Virus record (IMG/VR): IMGVR_UViG_3300043639_000021
Location: 1 to 61,916 of that record
Length of the DNA: 61,916 bases
Strand: one strand, 5' to 3'
Origin: a virus
Taxonomy: Duplodnaviria; Caudoviricetes
Shown: positions 47,394 through 57,025 of the stretch, piece by piece
Position numbering within the stretch: the first letter of the stretch is position 1
Layout: every line of letters starts with the position of its first letter
Notes under the pieces: model-generated
The model's input: the letters and a program-made list of their open reading frames with translations, nothing else
Database searches by the model: none
What the model was told of the DNA's origin: nothing
Program-made: the position numbers and the translations under genes

Positions 47394-47737
47394 CTCACCT
47401 GAATGTCTCGATGGATCACCGGCACGCCCAACTCGTGCCCGAGCCGCTCCGCCAGCACCACGCTCCGATGACGCCCCCCGGTACACCCGATATACACCGT
47501 GTCCGTACCCGGTACGGTGGCCTGCGCCTTCAGGTAGGCGTACTTGGAGGCGAAGTTGGGATCCTTCAGCACGAACGCCACCACCGCCGGGTCCAGCCCG
47601 TTCTTGGGGCGGAGAGTCTGGTCCCGGTAGGGGTTGCGGAAGAGGCTCCGCACGTCTACCACCACCGTGCCGGGGATGGATTCCTCCGGGGGATTGGGGT
47701 GCTTGAACCCGAAGCTGATCACTCGCTGTATCGCCAT
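47390..47737 (-). CDS. Stand-alone RapZ C-terminal-domain-like protein
   Basis: VISFGFKH...VVDVRSLFRNPY...GLDPAV...VYIGCTGGRHRSVVLAERL. Confidence 0.85.
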   Translation of the reverse strand: MAIQRVISFGFKHPNPPEESIPGTVVVDVRSLFRNPYRDQTLRPKNGLDPAVVAFVLKDPNFASKYAYLKAQATVPGTDTVYIGCTGGRHRSVVLAERLGHELGVPVIHRDIQVS

Positions 47738-48136
47738 TCACCGCACTCCTTGCGCCTCTAAGACGGGCCGTCCCGTCCAGAATCTCACGCCGTATCGTAG
47801 GCCCAACACATGCCCCTGCCAGAAAGACACATACACCTTCGAACCAATGGGATAACCTACGTAGGTTTTCTCGTCCACCGTCTCACTGTGCGGTCCCTCG
47901 GCGTCGAAGTACTCCAGACTCCACGACGGCGATACCCACACCGGGTGGCACGTGGTGTGGCCCTTGTCATCGCTATCACAAGACGTGGTGTAGTGCCCCG
48001 GCGTATAGGAGCCGCCGACGATCACGCTCTCAATGGTTTCTTGGGTGGCACCCCGATAGTCCCGCACACACTGCGTAAAGAGGCACACGAGAAACGCCAT
48101 CGCACAGACCACAAGTGCCCGCTGGGTATGCGTCAA
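47738..48136 (-). CDS. Membrane-anchored hypothetical protein
   Basis: N-terminal TM helix then beta-rich domain. Confidence 0.55.
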   Translation of the reverse strand: MTHTQRALVVCAMAFLVCLFTQCVRDYRGATQETIESVIVGGSYTPGHYTTSCDSDDKGHTTCHPVWVSPSWSLEYFDAEGPHSETVDEKTYVGYPIGSKVYVSFWQGHVLGLRYGVRFWTGRPVLEAQGVR

Positions 48137-48173
48137 AAGGTGCCTCCTTGCACTTGATTGCAGAGCTATTCTA

Positions 48174-48716
48174 TCACCACCGGATGCGGGCTGTCACCCC
48201 CTTCTGGGTCTTGTTGATGGAGGGTGACACCGACACATGCTTCGTTCGCAGACCCACCCACGCCATCAGAATCCCGCCGCCGATCATGCCCAGCCCGATC
48301 TGGGTTTCCAGCGGAGAGCCACACCCACCGTCGTTCACGTAGTAGTCACCCACGCAGTACGAATCGCCCAGTATGTGGTACGTGTTCTCACTCGGATGGA
48401 ACGCCACCCCGAAACCTGCGGCGGCGATCAGGATGCCTGCAACTGCCAGCTTCGCACTGACCATGTCCCCCTTGGAAGGTGCCCACGGGTCATACCCCAT
48501 CTTGCAGGCGATCTCCCGCTTCTCCGGCGTATAGCTGTTCCACCGCTGCGCCGACATACCCATGGGCGGGATGCTACACGGAGGTACCCACGTCGAAAGG
48601 TCACGCGGCACTACCACCGCATCCTGCGCCCACACCGGCACACTCACCGCCACCTGACACACCACCACCAACACCGCCATCAGTCGTCTCACTTCTTCTT
48701 CTCCTTCACTGCACAA
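48174..48716 (-). CDS. Signal-peptide membrane protein, paralogue of 43460..43789
   Basis: Signal ending PVWAQ, two TM segments, C-terminus VSVSPSINKTQKGVTARIRW. Confidence 0.6.
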   Translation of the reverse strand: MCSEGEEEVRRLMAVLVVVCQVAVSVPVWAQDAVVVPRDLSTWVPPCSIPPMGMSAQRWNSYTPEKREIACKMGYDPWAPSKGDMVSAKLAVAGILIAAAGFGVAFHPSENTYHILGDSYCVGDYYVNDGGCGSPLETQIGLGMIGGGILMAWVGLRTKHVSVSPSINKTQKGVTARIRW

Positions 48717-49200
48717 CGATCTGTTTCACGCCACCGTAGGCGCTCTGCTTGCGCTTTCGATATGCCTCGGCTTTGGCCTCGGTCGAGAACAACTGAATGC
48801 TGTAATACCCAGAATCGCCGTCTGTCTCGTAGTACATCCACACAGTCATTTCTTCCCACACAGTCATTTCTTCTTCTCCTCGACGGGTTTGACCCAGCGG
48901 AAGGCGATCACGGGGTAGTACTGCTTGAACTTCTGCCGCGCCTCCTCGGCATCCACACATCCGGCGATGTTGGTCGTGACTTCCCGGTCCTTGGGGGTGC
49001 CCTTGATCAGGGCTTTGATGGTAAAGATCATCGTTCCACCACTTCAAGGCGATGTTGAAGCACAACACGAATAAGGTTCTCACGTTCCATCTCGTGGTAC
49101 ATCACACCGAGCGCCTCACTCACAAGACGCACCACCGTTTCTGCCGACTCGCAACTGTGGACTGTCAACTCGACCGCGACTGTGTAGGTCTTTCGCGTGA

Positions 49201-49491
49201 TCACTCCCGTGTCACCAACACCCCGGCATGCACCAGCGTGACATCCCGCACCACCGTCTCCTTGTGAACGGCTGATCGTGGCCGCACCTCCAGCCGCATG
49301 GCCCGCGCCATCTCGACGGCTTCCAGAAAATCGTTGGCGATCAGGAGCCGTTCCTCGCTAGGCTGATCATCCACCCGCGTCTCGTTGTCCACCACCAGAT
49401 CGAACGTCGCTCGATAGACATTGCACTCCCCAAATCCTTCCATTACGCTGCCTCCTGTGCCGTCACAATGGCCGACTTCTCTCCGCACCAC
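49201..49491 (-). CDS. Hypothetical protein
   Basis: Short coupled ORF; start probably near 49443. Confidence 0.4.
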   Translation of the reverse strand: MVRREVGHCDGTGGSVMEGFGECNVYRATFDLVVDNETRVDDQPSEERLLIANDFLEAVEMARAMRLEVRPRSAVHKETVVRDVTLVHAGVLVTRE

Positions 49492-49748
49492 TCACACCGC
49501 ATGCAGGCCCAGAACGTAGCGGGGCGCACCTTGCGCGGGGACTTGGTCACGTCCGGGGACCAGATGATCTCCGACACCGCTCCGCCGTCCTCGACACCGA
49601 CGCGATCCGCGATGCTGCTGCACTGCGGACAGATGACGAACGGGTGATCGAGTGTTCCACCGACGAATTGGACGAGCGGCATGTGTTCACTCCTTGAACG
49701 CAAAATTGAATGCAAAGCCAGTGTAACACCGACTCTGCCGTGTGTCAA
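49443..49748 (-). CDS. Small CxxC-CxxC protein
   Basis: CPQC...CMRC; real start probably near 49682, downstream of the promoter. Confidence 0.45.
   Translation of the reverse strand: MTHGRVGVTLALHSILRSRSEHMPLVQFVGGTLDHPFVICPQCSSIADRVGVEDGGAVSEIIWSPDVTKSPRKVRPATFWACMRCEWCGEKSAIVTAQEAA
49720..49748 (-). promoter_or_regulatory. Sigma70-type promoter
   Basis: TTGACA-17-TACACT. Confidence 0.75.
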
Positions 49749-50135
49749 TTACCGATTGCGGTAAAACTCTTGTTCACTCTTCAACTGACCGCCCATCGTG
49801 CATTTGTCTTCATCCCAGTCCATGGCCACCCAGTCCACCCCTTTCTGGGCTGACCACGACGAATGTTTCCGAGCAAGCGTCTCCATGTTCTCGATGCAGG
49901 ACGGTGTTCTCAACGCCTTGTCTTTCAACAAGGCCAGATACTCGGGTGACTTCATCCACGTATGAAGTTGATCCTGCTCAACCTGTGTTACCGCCTGCTT
50001 CACTACCTGCTTCGCGGTCTGACTGGCTTTTTCTCGTTCAATAAGACCGGGTACCACCATTTGCAGAAACACCGTGAACGCTGCCGCCACGCTCCCGACC
50101 ACCACGAACACAACCTTCCACTTGATCATCATCAA
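49749..50135 (-). CDS. Membrane-anchored hypothetical protein
   Basis: N-terminal TM helix. Confidence 0.5.
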   Translation of the reverse strand: MMMIKWKVVFVVVGSVAAAFTVFLQMVVPGLIEREKASQTAKQVVKQAVTQVEQDQLHTWMKSPEYLALLKDKALRTPSCIENMETLARKHSSWSAQKGVDWVAMDWDEDKCTMGGQLKSEQEFYRNR

Positions 50136-50488
50136 TCTTCGTGCTTGTTATCGAATTTCCGAGCCTCTGCCGCCGGGATGCCGAGCGACGTGTGCAGACC
50201 AGTCACCCGCGTGAACACGGCCTGTAGCGCGTCATTGTAGACGTCGCTCACCGTCGCTACGGTCTTCAGCTTGCCTGCCCGGAGGTAACTGGCCGTCACC
50301 GTGTAGGTGTCTAACGGGTCCAGCGTGACCTTGACCACATTGACCCGCTTGCCGTCGTAGTTCACGGAATTGATCCGGAGCGTCAGGCTGTCGGCGGAGC
50401 CGATCAGGTTCTTGGCCCCGGTCATCACGAGGAACCGCTGCCCGCCGAGTTGCTGCAAAATCGTCTGTGCGACGTGTAAATCTGCCAT
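50132..50488 (-). CDS. Conserved phage hypothetical protein
   Basis: VAQTILQQLGGQRFLVMTGAKN...DTYTV...DVYNDALQAVFTRVTGLHTSL, a recurrent phage early-gene pattern. Confidence 0.7.
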   Translation of the reverse strand: MADLHVAQTILQQLGGQRFLVMTGAKNLIGSADSLTLRINSVNYDGKRVNVVKVTLDPLDTYTVTASYLRAGKLKTVATVSDVYNDALQAVFTRVTGLHTSLGIPAAEARKFDNKHED

Positions 50489-50542
50489 GTGGTGCCCACT
50501 CCTTTGAGGCACCCCCATCATCGCACACTCAACAGACGTTTG

Positions 50543-51046
50543 TCAAGCTGCTGCAACTGATTGCCGGGAGTACACCGGTCCAGTCGTCAACAGCGCCGTT
50601 GCCTGCCGGATGTTCTCGGGCGTCACGCCCTTCATGGGATCCGTCTCCACGAACCACGGACGTACCACATCCATGTTGAAACGACCGTGGTGATTGTCAT
50701 CGAGGATGGCCACCCGCACAGGCTGTGGCTGACGCGCCAGCCAATCTGCGATCTCCTGCCCTCGGATGCCGTCACCCTGCTCCTTCGGGATGTGCGTCGT
50801 GCCGAGCACCCGGCGTGGGGGGATCGAGCCGTAGAAGAACAGGATCTTCCGCAGATCCCCGAGCGAGTGATGGTGCCGCCAGTCGGAACTGATCACGATG
50901 TGGGCGTTGAGCCGCTGCACCATGTCTCCCACCCGATGCACCAGTGTGCGGTCGAGGGGATCTTTGTGGTAGTAGGTATTGAATTTATTCATGACGCCAT
51001 CAAAGTCGAGCATCACGATGCGACGGGTCACATCAGCGTGGTTCAC
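50543..51046 (-). CDS. HAD-superfamily phosphatase (RNA-repair-associated type)
   Basis: MLDFDGVMN, IVISSDWR, RGQEIADWL, AILDD. Confidence 0.85.
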   Translation of the reverse strand: MNHADVTRRIVMLDFDGVMNKFNTYYHKDPLDRTLVHRVGDMVQRLNAHIVISSDWRHHHSLGDLRKILFFYGSIPPRRVLGTTHIPKEQGDGIRGQEIADWLARQPQPVRVAILDDNHHGRFNMDVVRPWFVETDPMKGVTPENIRQATALLTTGPVYSRQSVAAA

Positions 51047-51240
51047 ACATCTCTCTTTTCTGCACTCAAGTGCAAGTCTGGCCGGTCCACCGTCGCCACC
51101 ACATCTTCCAGCGTATCGTACGCGAGATGCACGGCTTGCGCCTCGGTTAACTCTGGCACCAGTTCCATCAAAATCTTGGCGAGTCGAGCGACGATCTCCG
51201 AGTCGGTCCTCACTTTTTGCTCCACAACGCCAACGGCCAC
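51043..51240 (-). CDS. Small hypothetical protein
   Basis: 65-aa ORF coupled to the HAD gene. Confidence 0.4.
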   Translation of the reverse strand: MAVGVVEQKVRTDSEIVARLAKILMELVPELTEAQAVHLAYDTLEDVVATVDRPDLHLSAEKRDV

Positions 51241-51388
51241 CGTTCAGTGCAGGAGTTGTCCTTCTTTCGAGGACTACTCACAAACCATGATTGCCGCTTC
51301 CCATTGGGAGTCGTTCCCGAATGAGGGGAACGATAGCACTTCGTCTTGTGCGGACACTGGTAGTCACTACACATAGTGATGTCAGGCA

Positions 51389-51775
51389 TTATCGTTCCCA
51401 GCGATCTCGCATGGCTGTGATCACTGTCGCGGGCACATCATGAACGTTTGGATGCAGCGGCCCGCTCAAGGTGATCTCCACTACCCGATAGCCGTATTGA
51501 AGGGCCATATCAAGGTAGGGCTGCATCTCCCACCGCTGCGTGAACGTGTTCGACACCGACAGGTCCAACCCTGCCGACATCGCCTCATTCACGCGCACCC
51601 GGCAGTACGCATGGGCCTCTCCCCTCTTTTCCGGATCAAACCGGTACTGATAGACGCCATCCACGTACGCCTCGAAAAACTGATCCGCTTCAAACACCCT
51701 CTCTGGCGTCAGCGTTTTGGCCAGTGTCGTCTTGCCGCTCCCCGGCAGACCCCGAATGAGATACAACGTCTTCAT
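51389..51775 (-). CDS. P-loop kinase (polynucleotide-kinase-like)
   Basis: LYLIRGLPGSGKTT, EADQFF, VSNTFTQRWEM, NVHDVP. Confidence 0.85.
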   Translation of the reverse strand: MKTLYLIRGLPGSGKTTLAKTLTPERVFEADQFFEAYVDGVYQYRFDPEKRGEAHAYCRVRVNEAMSAGLDLSVSNTFTQRWEMQPYLDMALQYGYRVVEITLSGPLHPNVHDVPATVITAMRDRWER

Positions 51776-51863
51776 CGCTTCTTTCTGTCCTTCCACCACG
51801 CCCAGAAAAACACTGTGGGGATGCAGATCACCCAGAACGCCACCACTGCCCACGCATCAGGAT

Positions 51864-52208
51864 TCATTGTGGCAACGTCTCCTCAAACGTCTCGTGCTGC
51901 TCTCCGATGGTGCGAACCGTCTCCGCATTCTCGCAGGACAGCATCTGGATCCGCACCGCAATGTTGTTGCCCGGTCCCCACTGGTTCACGAGCCACCCGA
52001 TGCAGTGGGCGTCCTGCGTCTCGTGGCAGGCCATGACGTGCTGCTCCGATGCGGACAGGGGAGCCAGATCCCCCGGCGCTGCAATCGTGCGCTTCAACGC
52101 ACAGTGCTTGTCCCGGCTGTAGCCGTTCGGAATGTCGTAGGGATCCACGTCCTTCCGCCACGGGCACTTCGCACATTGCACCGTGCGCTTCAGCTTCCAT
52201 GCACTCAC
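51864..52208 (-). CDS. Cys/His-rich protein (DUF6283-like)
   Basis: CAKCPWR...MACH...CIGWL. Confidence 0.65.
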   Translation of the reverse strand: MSAWKLKRTVQCAKCPWRKDVDPYDIPNGYSRDKHCALKRTIAAPGDLAPLSASEQHVMACHETQDAHCIGWLVNQWGPGNNIAVRIQMLSCENAETVRTIGEQHETFEETLPQ

Positions 52209-52510
52209 TTCGGAAGCTCGCTATCTGCGGCCTTCCAAATATCTCCATCGGGGAACGTGTAAGCGTGATCCTCCAGCCGTCCGTTGAGATCCATTTCGTC
52301 CACCAGATGTTGGATCTTGGCAGTCAGTTCCTCCACCACGTGCTGGAGTGCCGCCACGGTCATCTCCGGACTGGCTGGTTCCCGAGCCGCTGAGAGCACC
52401 CAGCCGCACCCCGGACAGGGCCGAGAGCCTTCGCCCGATTGCAGCAGATACTGCCGCTGACTGTCGTGGTTCAGGGCGCACTTGGGTTCACGTCTGATTG
52501 GTTCGGTCAT
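52205..52510 (-). CDS. Hypothetical protein
   Basis: Coupled ORF with CPGC. Confidence 0.45.
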   Translation of the reverse strand: MTEPIRREPKCALNHDSQRQYLLQSGEGSRPCPGCGWVLSAAREPASPEMTVAALQHVVEELTAKIQHLVDEMDLNGRLEDHAYTFPDGDIWKAADSELPK

Positions 52511-52868
52511 AGCTTCTCCGTTCGTAGTTCATGACTGCCGCACAGCAGGCACAGGTGATGGTCGTACTTCCGGGCGTTGACCTCCGCCAGCGGGTAGATG
52601 TGCCCACACTTCCCGCAGACGAGCACGTCAATCGTGCCCGGTTTCGTGTTCACCCACTCCCGAAGCGTGTTGTGCATGTCCATCGCATCGACGGCTTCAT
52701 CGAGGATGCGGGTGACTTCTTCTTTACAGGTGCAGGACACTGGTGCGCCAGCCACGAGAACGTCCCGGTGATCCTCTGCCCGCACGACGGGCACTTGTAC
52801 TCGGGCATTATTGGGTTCCTTCTCGGGCAGTCGTGCCCGGTACCGTCGTTTGATGTGGCTCTGCCGTC

Positions 52869-53312
52869 TCACTGGAAAATCTCCAACAGCCCTTGGGCCA
52901 CGGTGAACACCTCGGCATAGCCATAGGCGTGCCCTTCCTCCCATGCCCGGTGCGCCACCTTGGCCGCGTACTGCTGGGGAACACCTTGCTCCGTCAGCCA
53001 CGCCGTGAGATCCGTCATGAACTGGCCGGTCTGGTTCTTGTAGCCGTCGTCTCGCACGCGCTGTTCGAAATCGAAATCTTGACCTTCACCGGGGTAGTAG
53101 CCGATGCACCGAGGACACCCACTACCACATTGACAACTCATCTCAGGTGCTCCGTGTTGAACCCGTGCTTCTTGGCGTCCGCGATCATCTTCTCTCGGGG
53201 CGTTACAATCTTGGTCATCAGTTCCCCCTGCTGCCGTCTCATTCACTTCGTGTGCCCGCGTAGCCGTCCACGCCGGAGCACCCCCTTCAATGTCGCCCAC
53301 GGGATCTGACAC
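52869..53312 (-). CDS. Hypothetical protein
   Basis: C-terminal AWEEGHAYGYAEV; real start probably internal (~53141). Confidence 0.5.
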   Translation of the reverse strand: MSDPVGDIEGGAPAWTATRAHEVNETAAGGTDDQDCNAPREDDRGRQEARVQHGAPEMSCQCGSGCPRCIGYYPGEGQDFDFEQRVRDDGYKNQTGQFMTDLTAWLTEQGVPQQYAAKVAHRAWEEGHAYGYAEVFTVAQGLLEIFQ

Positions 53313-53424
53313 CCGTGCTGGGCGAATCGCCGCTGCACGTAGATGCCCTTCGGGTTCTCATAGACCTCGACTGCATACCACGTGCGGCCCTCCGGGTAGA
53401 CCGTACGGGGTTTCCGTCGCCGCA

Positions 53425-53652
53425 TCAGTTCCCCTTCGCCGCATCATAGGCGAGATCACCCTCAAGGTCACACTTGCCGCACGACTCTTTCAGGGGCGTC
53501 CCGTGCTTGCACGATTTCATCGCATTGCAGTCCTTGCAGACCGCGTACGGCCAGCGATTATCCCAGAGCGCCTTGTGGCAGATCTGGCAGTGATGCGTGG
53601 GCGGTGTCGGTTTGAATGGCATCGTGGCTCCTCCGTGAGCGGTCACCCCCAT
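53425..53652 (-). CDS. Small Cys-rich protein
   Basis: CQIC, CKDC, CKH, CGKC. Confidence 0.45.
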   Translation of the reverse strand: MGVTAHGGATMPFKPTPPTHHCQICHKALWDNRWPYAVCKDCNAMKSCKHGTPLKESCGKCDLEGDLAYDAAKGN

Positions 53653-54025
53653 GTGACTCAGCTAGTGTAGCACAACTTCGACGTATATCTACTGCAAAAT
53701 GCGTGAATGCCCCGACTCCGGAATCTTCCGGGCCTCGGTCACCACCTGTTCCAGCAGCGCCAGCTTCTCAGCGGGCGGTGCCTTCCGCATACCGTGGAAC
53801 ACAATGGTCACCTTGTGGGACCGATGAACCATATCATCCACGTGCAAATTTCCCACCTCAGTCCAGAAAATCAGCATTCCTACCCTCGCTCCACAATCTG
53901 CGCCAGTGCCTCACCCATCGTGTGCCACGAGGATCGTCTGTAGGGCGTCCAGCGCCCCGCCACGCGACGATACTCGCTCAGGACATAGTGGCGGGTGGGG
54001 GCGTCGTAACGGAGCGCCCAGCGGG

Positions 54026-54517
54026 TCACAGGGCCACCGCCTTCTGCACCATCAACGCCCGCCACGCCTCGGCTGTGGTCACTCCGGGGACGCCCTCGAC
54101 GGTGGATGTGCCATCCGGATAGAGGATGCACAGCGGCTTCCCCTCATACCGCGCATAGCGCACCGTGGTCCACGTGCCGGAGCGTATGGATTCCTTCATC
54201 TGCTTGGGCGTGGCGATCATCACATCCGACTCCCGCACGATATCGCCGTTCCGCATGAGCATCGGCTTCTCGGGCATGACCAGATCACAGGTCACCTCCG
54301 CCCGCAGGTAGGGCTGATCGTGATGCGTGCCGGGGCACCCCACGATGAAGTAGCCGAGCGCCTTGGCCATCTCGTGGAACTGCACATCCGATCCCACGCA
54401 CATGCCGTGGCTCACCTGTGTGGCCTCCAGCCACCGCAAATCTCCGAGCAGCATGTGGACGTGGAGCACCTGTGCGTTGGTCATCCCCTCACGGGAGCCA
54501 GTAAACCCGATTCTCAT
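54026..54517 (-). CDS. SLOG-superfamily protein
   Basis: MRIGFTGSREG, HGMCVGSD, RNGDIV, SGTWTTVRYA. Confidence 0.8.
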   Translation of the reverse strand: MRIGFTGSREGMTNAQVLHVHMLLGDLRWLEATQVSHGMCVGSDVQFHEMAKALGYFIVGCPGTHHDQPYLRAEVTCDLVMPEKPMLMRNGDIVRESDVMIATPKQMKESIRSGTWTTVRYARYEGKPLCILYPDGTSTVEGVPGVTTAEAWRALMVQKAVAL

Positions 54518-54693
54518 GCCCGTTCCTCCTCAACGGTATCGACCACCTCATCACGCGTAGCGTCTGGATGCTCCTGAAACACGATTTCCACGGCTGTCTC
54601 AAAATCGCCCTCGTCCAAGGCAGTTTGCACGGCCTCTCGTACGCCATCCGGTAGTGGGAGACTCATTGGGACCACTCCATTGTCACGTCAAAC

Positions 54694-54722
54694 ACGGTAA
54701 CACGGACCTGCTTATTTGTCAA
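54694..54722 (-). promoter_or_regulatory. Sigma70-type promoter
   Basis: TTGACA-17-TACCGT; closely similar to 34993-35021. Confidence 0.65.
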
Positions 54723-54972
54723 CCGCCCAATTGGGAGGACGGCCCGGTCCACCCGGACGCCACGGCAAGCTGCCGATCCGCTTCCGATTGCGTTCCCGGT
54801 TGCCGTCCTGACACCCCTCGCAGAATGCCGTCGAGTGCTCCGACCTCGGATTCACCCCACACTGCTGGCATAGCCCCTGTGCCGTGCGCTGCAACTGCCA
54901 CACCCGTTGACGAGATATTCCTAGTTTCCGGCCTTGCTCCGCCAGCGTCACCGGATACTTCTGGCCACCCAT
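54712..54972 (-). CDS. Small HTH (sigma region-4-like) + Zn-ribbon DNA-binding protein
   Basis: TLAEQGRKLGISRQRVWQL; CQQC...CEGC; exact palindrome just upstream. Confidence 0.65.
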   Translation of the reverse strand: MGGQKYPVTLAEQGRKLGISRQRVWQLQRTAQGLCQQCGVNPRSEHSTAFCEGCQDGNRERNRKRIGSLPWRPGGPGRPPNWAVDK

Positions 54973-55398
54973 TCACATCTCCTCTGCACTTGAGTGCAAT
55001 TCACTCGCACGATCTTCAGCGGCACGCGCACGACCTTCAGCTATTCGCGCCACGTGCTCCGCCTTTGCAGCGGCTTGCCGATAATCGACAGCCATACGCT
55101 CATAGCTCTCAGCCTGCCTCCTCACATCATCCGCACGCCGCCGAGCCGCTTGCGCGGCCAACGTAAGATGCAACACCCCACTATTCGGACCCTTGTGGCG
55201 GGCTCTCTTCGGCAACTCCTCCAGTGACAGACCACGAAGGGGTGAGGCGAAGTCTCGCGTTCTCGCGGCTACCAACGCCGCATCTGCATCTTCGCGGAGC
55301 AGTCGTACGGCGGCGGTAGGGATACGCGTGAGCCCGCCTCGTATCCCCACAAACTCACCATGTGTCGTCCTGAGTCTAAACAGTCGTGGGAACTTCAT
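54973..55398 (-). CDS. Hypothetical basic coiled-coil protein
   Basis: 141-aa coupled ORF. Confidence 0.5.
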   Translation of the reverse strand: MKFPRLFRLRTTHGEFVGIRGGLTRIPTAAVRLLREDADAALVAARTRDFASPLRGLSLEELPKRARHKGPNSGVLHLTLAAQAARRRADDVRRQAESYERMAVDYRQAAAKAEHVARIAEGRARAAEDRASELHSSAEEM

Positions 55399-56252
55399 GC
55401 CCCAACCTGTGCGGCCTCAGCCTTCACCACGCTCACCAGCGAGGGCCGTGACCCGAAGGCGAAGCTCTTGTCGTCCTGACTCACCGTGAAGGTGGCCGCG
55501 ACGGTCAGCGTGTCGCCCCGCTCCGCTCCTGACTTGCTGGGGACCGTCAGCCACACCTTGCTGTTGTTCGCCAGCTTGAGCAACCCCTTGCGGGCCGTCC
55601 CGTAGGCACCCTCGACCAGCTTGACGCTCACGAGCACTCCGGTGACCGTCTGCCGCCCCTCGGGGGCCGGTCCCTTGACCTCCTCGACCACCGGCTGTGC
55701 CGCCTTCTGGGTGTCCCGTGCGATGGCCGCGACAACCGCTGCCACCTGACGCTCACTCAGGCTCCCGTAGAGCCCCAGCTTGCCGACCACGTCCTTCACG
55801 AAGGTGTTGGAGCCCGCGTAGTCGGCAATCGCCGCCGCGAACACCGGATTGGCCTTCAGGAACGCCTCGCGCTGGTTCCAGACCTTGATGCGAACCTTGT
55901 TCGCCGCATCCCGCGCCTGCAACTGGGCCAGCTTGAAGGTCTTCTGGTCCGCGAAGTCCAGCCGCTTGGTGCAGTCCGCGCCGAAGACCACCACGTCGCC
56001 CGTCAGGAGGTGCTTCACGACCGTGAGCCACCGGAGCGGGTTGTGCCCGCAGTGGACGCACTTGTGAACCGACTTGGAGCGCCAGTCCGCGCCGAAGTAC
56101 TGCACGAAATCGGCCTCCCAGAGCTTCACTTCGGCGTCGTGCGCCTCGCTGCCCTGCCCGAAGTAGGCGGGGCGCTTGCCATCGAGGTAGTCGAGAACGT
56201 CGTACTGCTGCGGATCGAAATTTGTCGGATTGTGAACGGTGGGTTGTGCCAT
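55395..56252 (-). CDS. Hypothetical protein with Zn motif and OB-fold-like C-terminus
   Basis: CVHCG...GADC; GSLSERQV; beta-rich end FGSRPS; promoter and GGAGG upstream. Confidence 0.65.
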   Translation of the reverse strand: MAQPTVHNPTNFDPQQYDVLDYLDGKRPAYFGQGSEAHDAEVKLWEADFVQYFGADWRSKSVHKCVHCGHNPLRWLTVVKHLLTGDVVVFGADCTKRLDFADQKTFKLAQLQARDAANKVRIKVWNQREAFLKANPVFAAAIADYAGSNTFVKDVVGKLGLYGSLSERQVAAVVAAIARDTQKAAQPVVEEVKGPAPEGRQTVTGVLVSVKLVEGAYGTARKGLLKLANNSKVWLTVPSKSGAERGDTLTVAATFTVSQDDKSFAFGSRPSLVSVVKAEAAQVGA

Positions 56253-56296
56253 TTTTTCTGCCCCCTCCTTGGGGTGTATCGCTGACTGACAAGACC

Positions 56297-56325
56297 AGTA
56301 TGACAGGTGCCGAGCGTTCTGTCAA
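56297..56325 (-). promoter_or_regulatory. Sigma70-type promoter
   Basis: TTGACA-17-CATACT. Confidence 0.6.
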
Positions 56326-56986
56326 GCGGTAATTGCGGTAGATGTTTGGTGTGCCGTTCGCACCTCCGACCGGCGGCATCGCTCACACCGCCACAGGAGC
56401 CCGCCCAAGGACTGCACCTCGGGCAGGCACACATGCGTTGTGGCATAGCCACAGAACCGACACCAGAGCTTCACTCGCGTGATCACTGCACCTCCTTCGG
56501 CAACGTCACCGATGCCCCTACACGCCACTCCGGATGGCCCTCCCGGTCCCGGTACCCCGGCCATGACGTGACCACACGCAAGCCCTTGTCGAGCGCATGC
56601 TTACGCGAGACGGCCCGCAGGCCGTGCTGGGCCTCGTGGACGTGCCACGCCTCTGTGGGCACGTGATACGCCTCCAGCTTGAGTGTAACGGTATAGAGCA
56701 TTACTGGACCCTCACAGAGACGCCTGCGGCCAACAGGGCGCTGACGTATTTCCGACCGGACTTCTTCTTGAGCCACTTGCGGGGGACTTCGACGGTTTTC
56801 ATGCGGATGCTCCTCCATGAGCGTGCGGTTACGGGTAATCATCCGGGGTGGCCCTTCCCGCCAAGGATTCTGCCACCCGTCGAGTCCGCGCTCGTTTGCC
56901 GCTTCAGAGGGGACCACGGTACTTGTCGCCCACCCCCTACTCACCGGCTCGTGTCTATCGCATCTGCTCACCCCCTCAACACAATC

Positions 56987-57015
56987 AGTATCCCACAATC
57001 CTCAGGGTTTGTCAA
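56987..57015 (-). promoter_or_regulatory. Sigma70-type promoter
   Basis: TTGACA-17-GATACT. Confidence 0.6.
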
Positions 57016-57025
57016 CACCCTATCC

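Noticed and set aside
48838-48875. Short direct repeat ccacacagtcatttcttc
   Set aside because: A two-copy micro-duplication at a gene start (MTVWEEMTVW) with no evidence of wider function.
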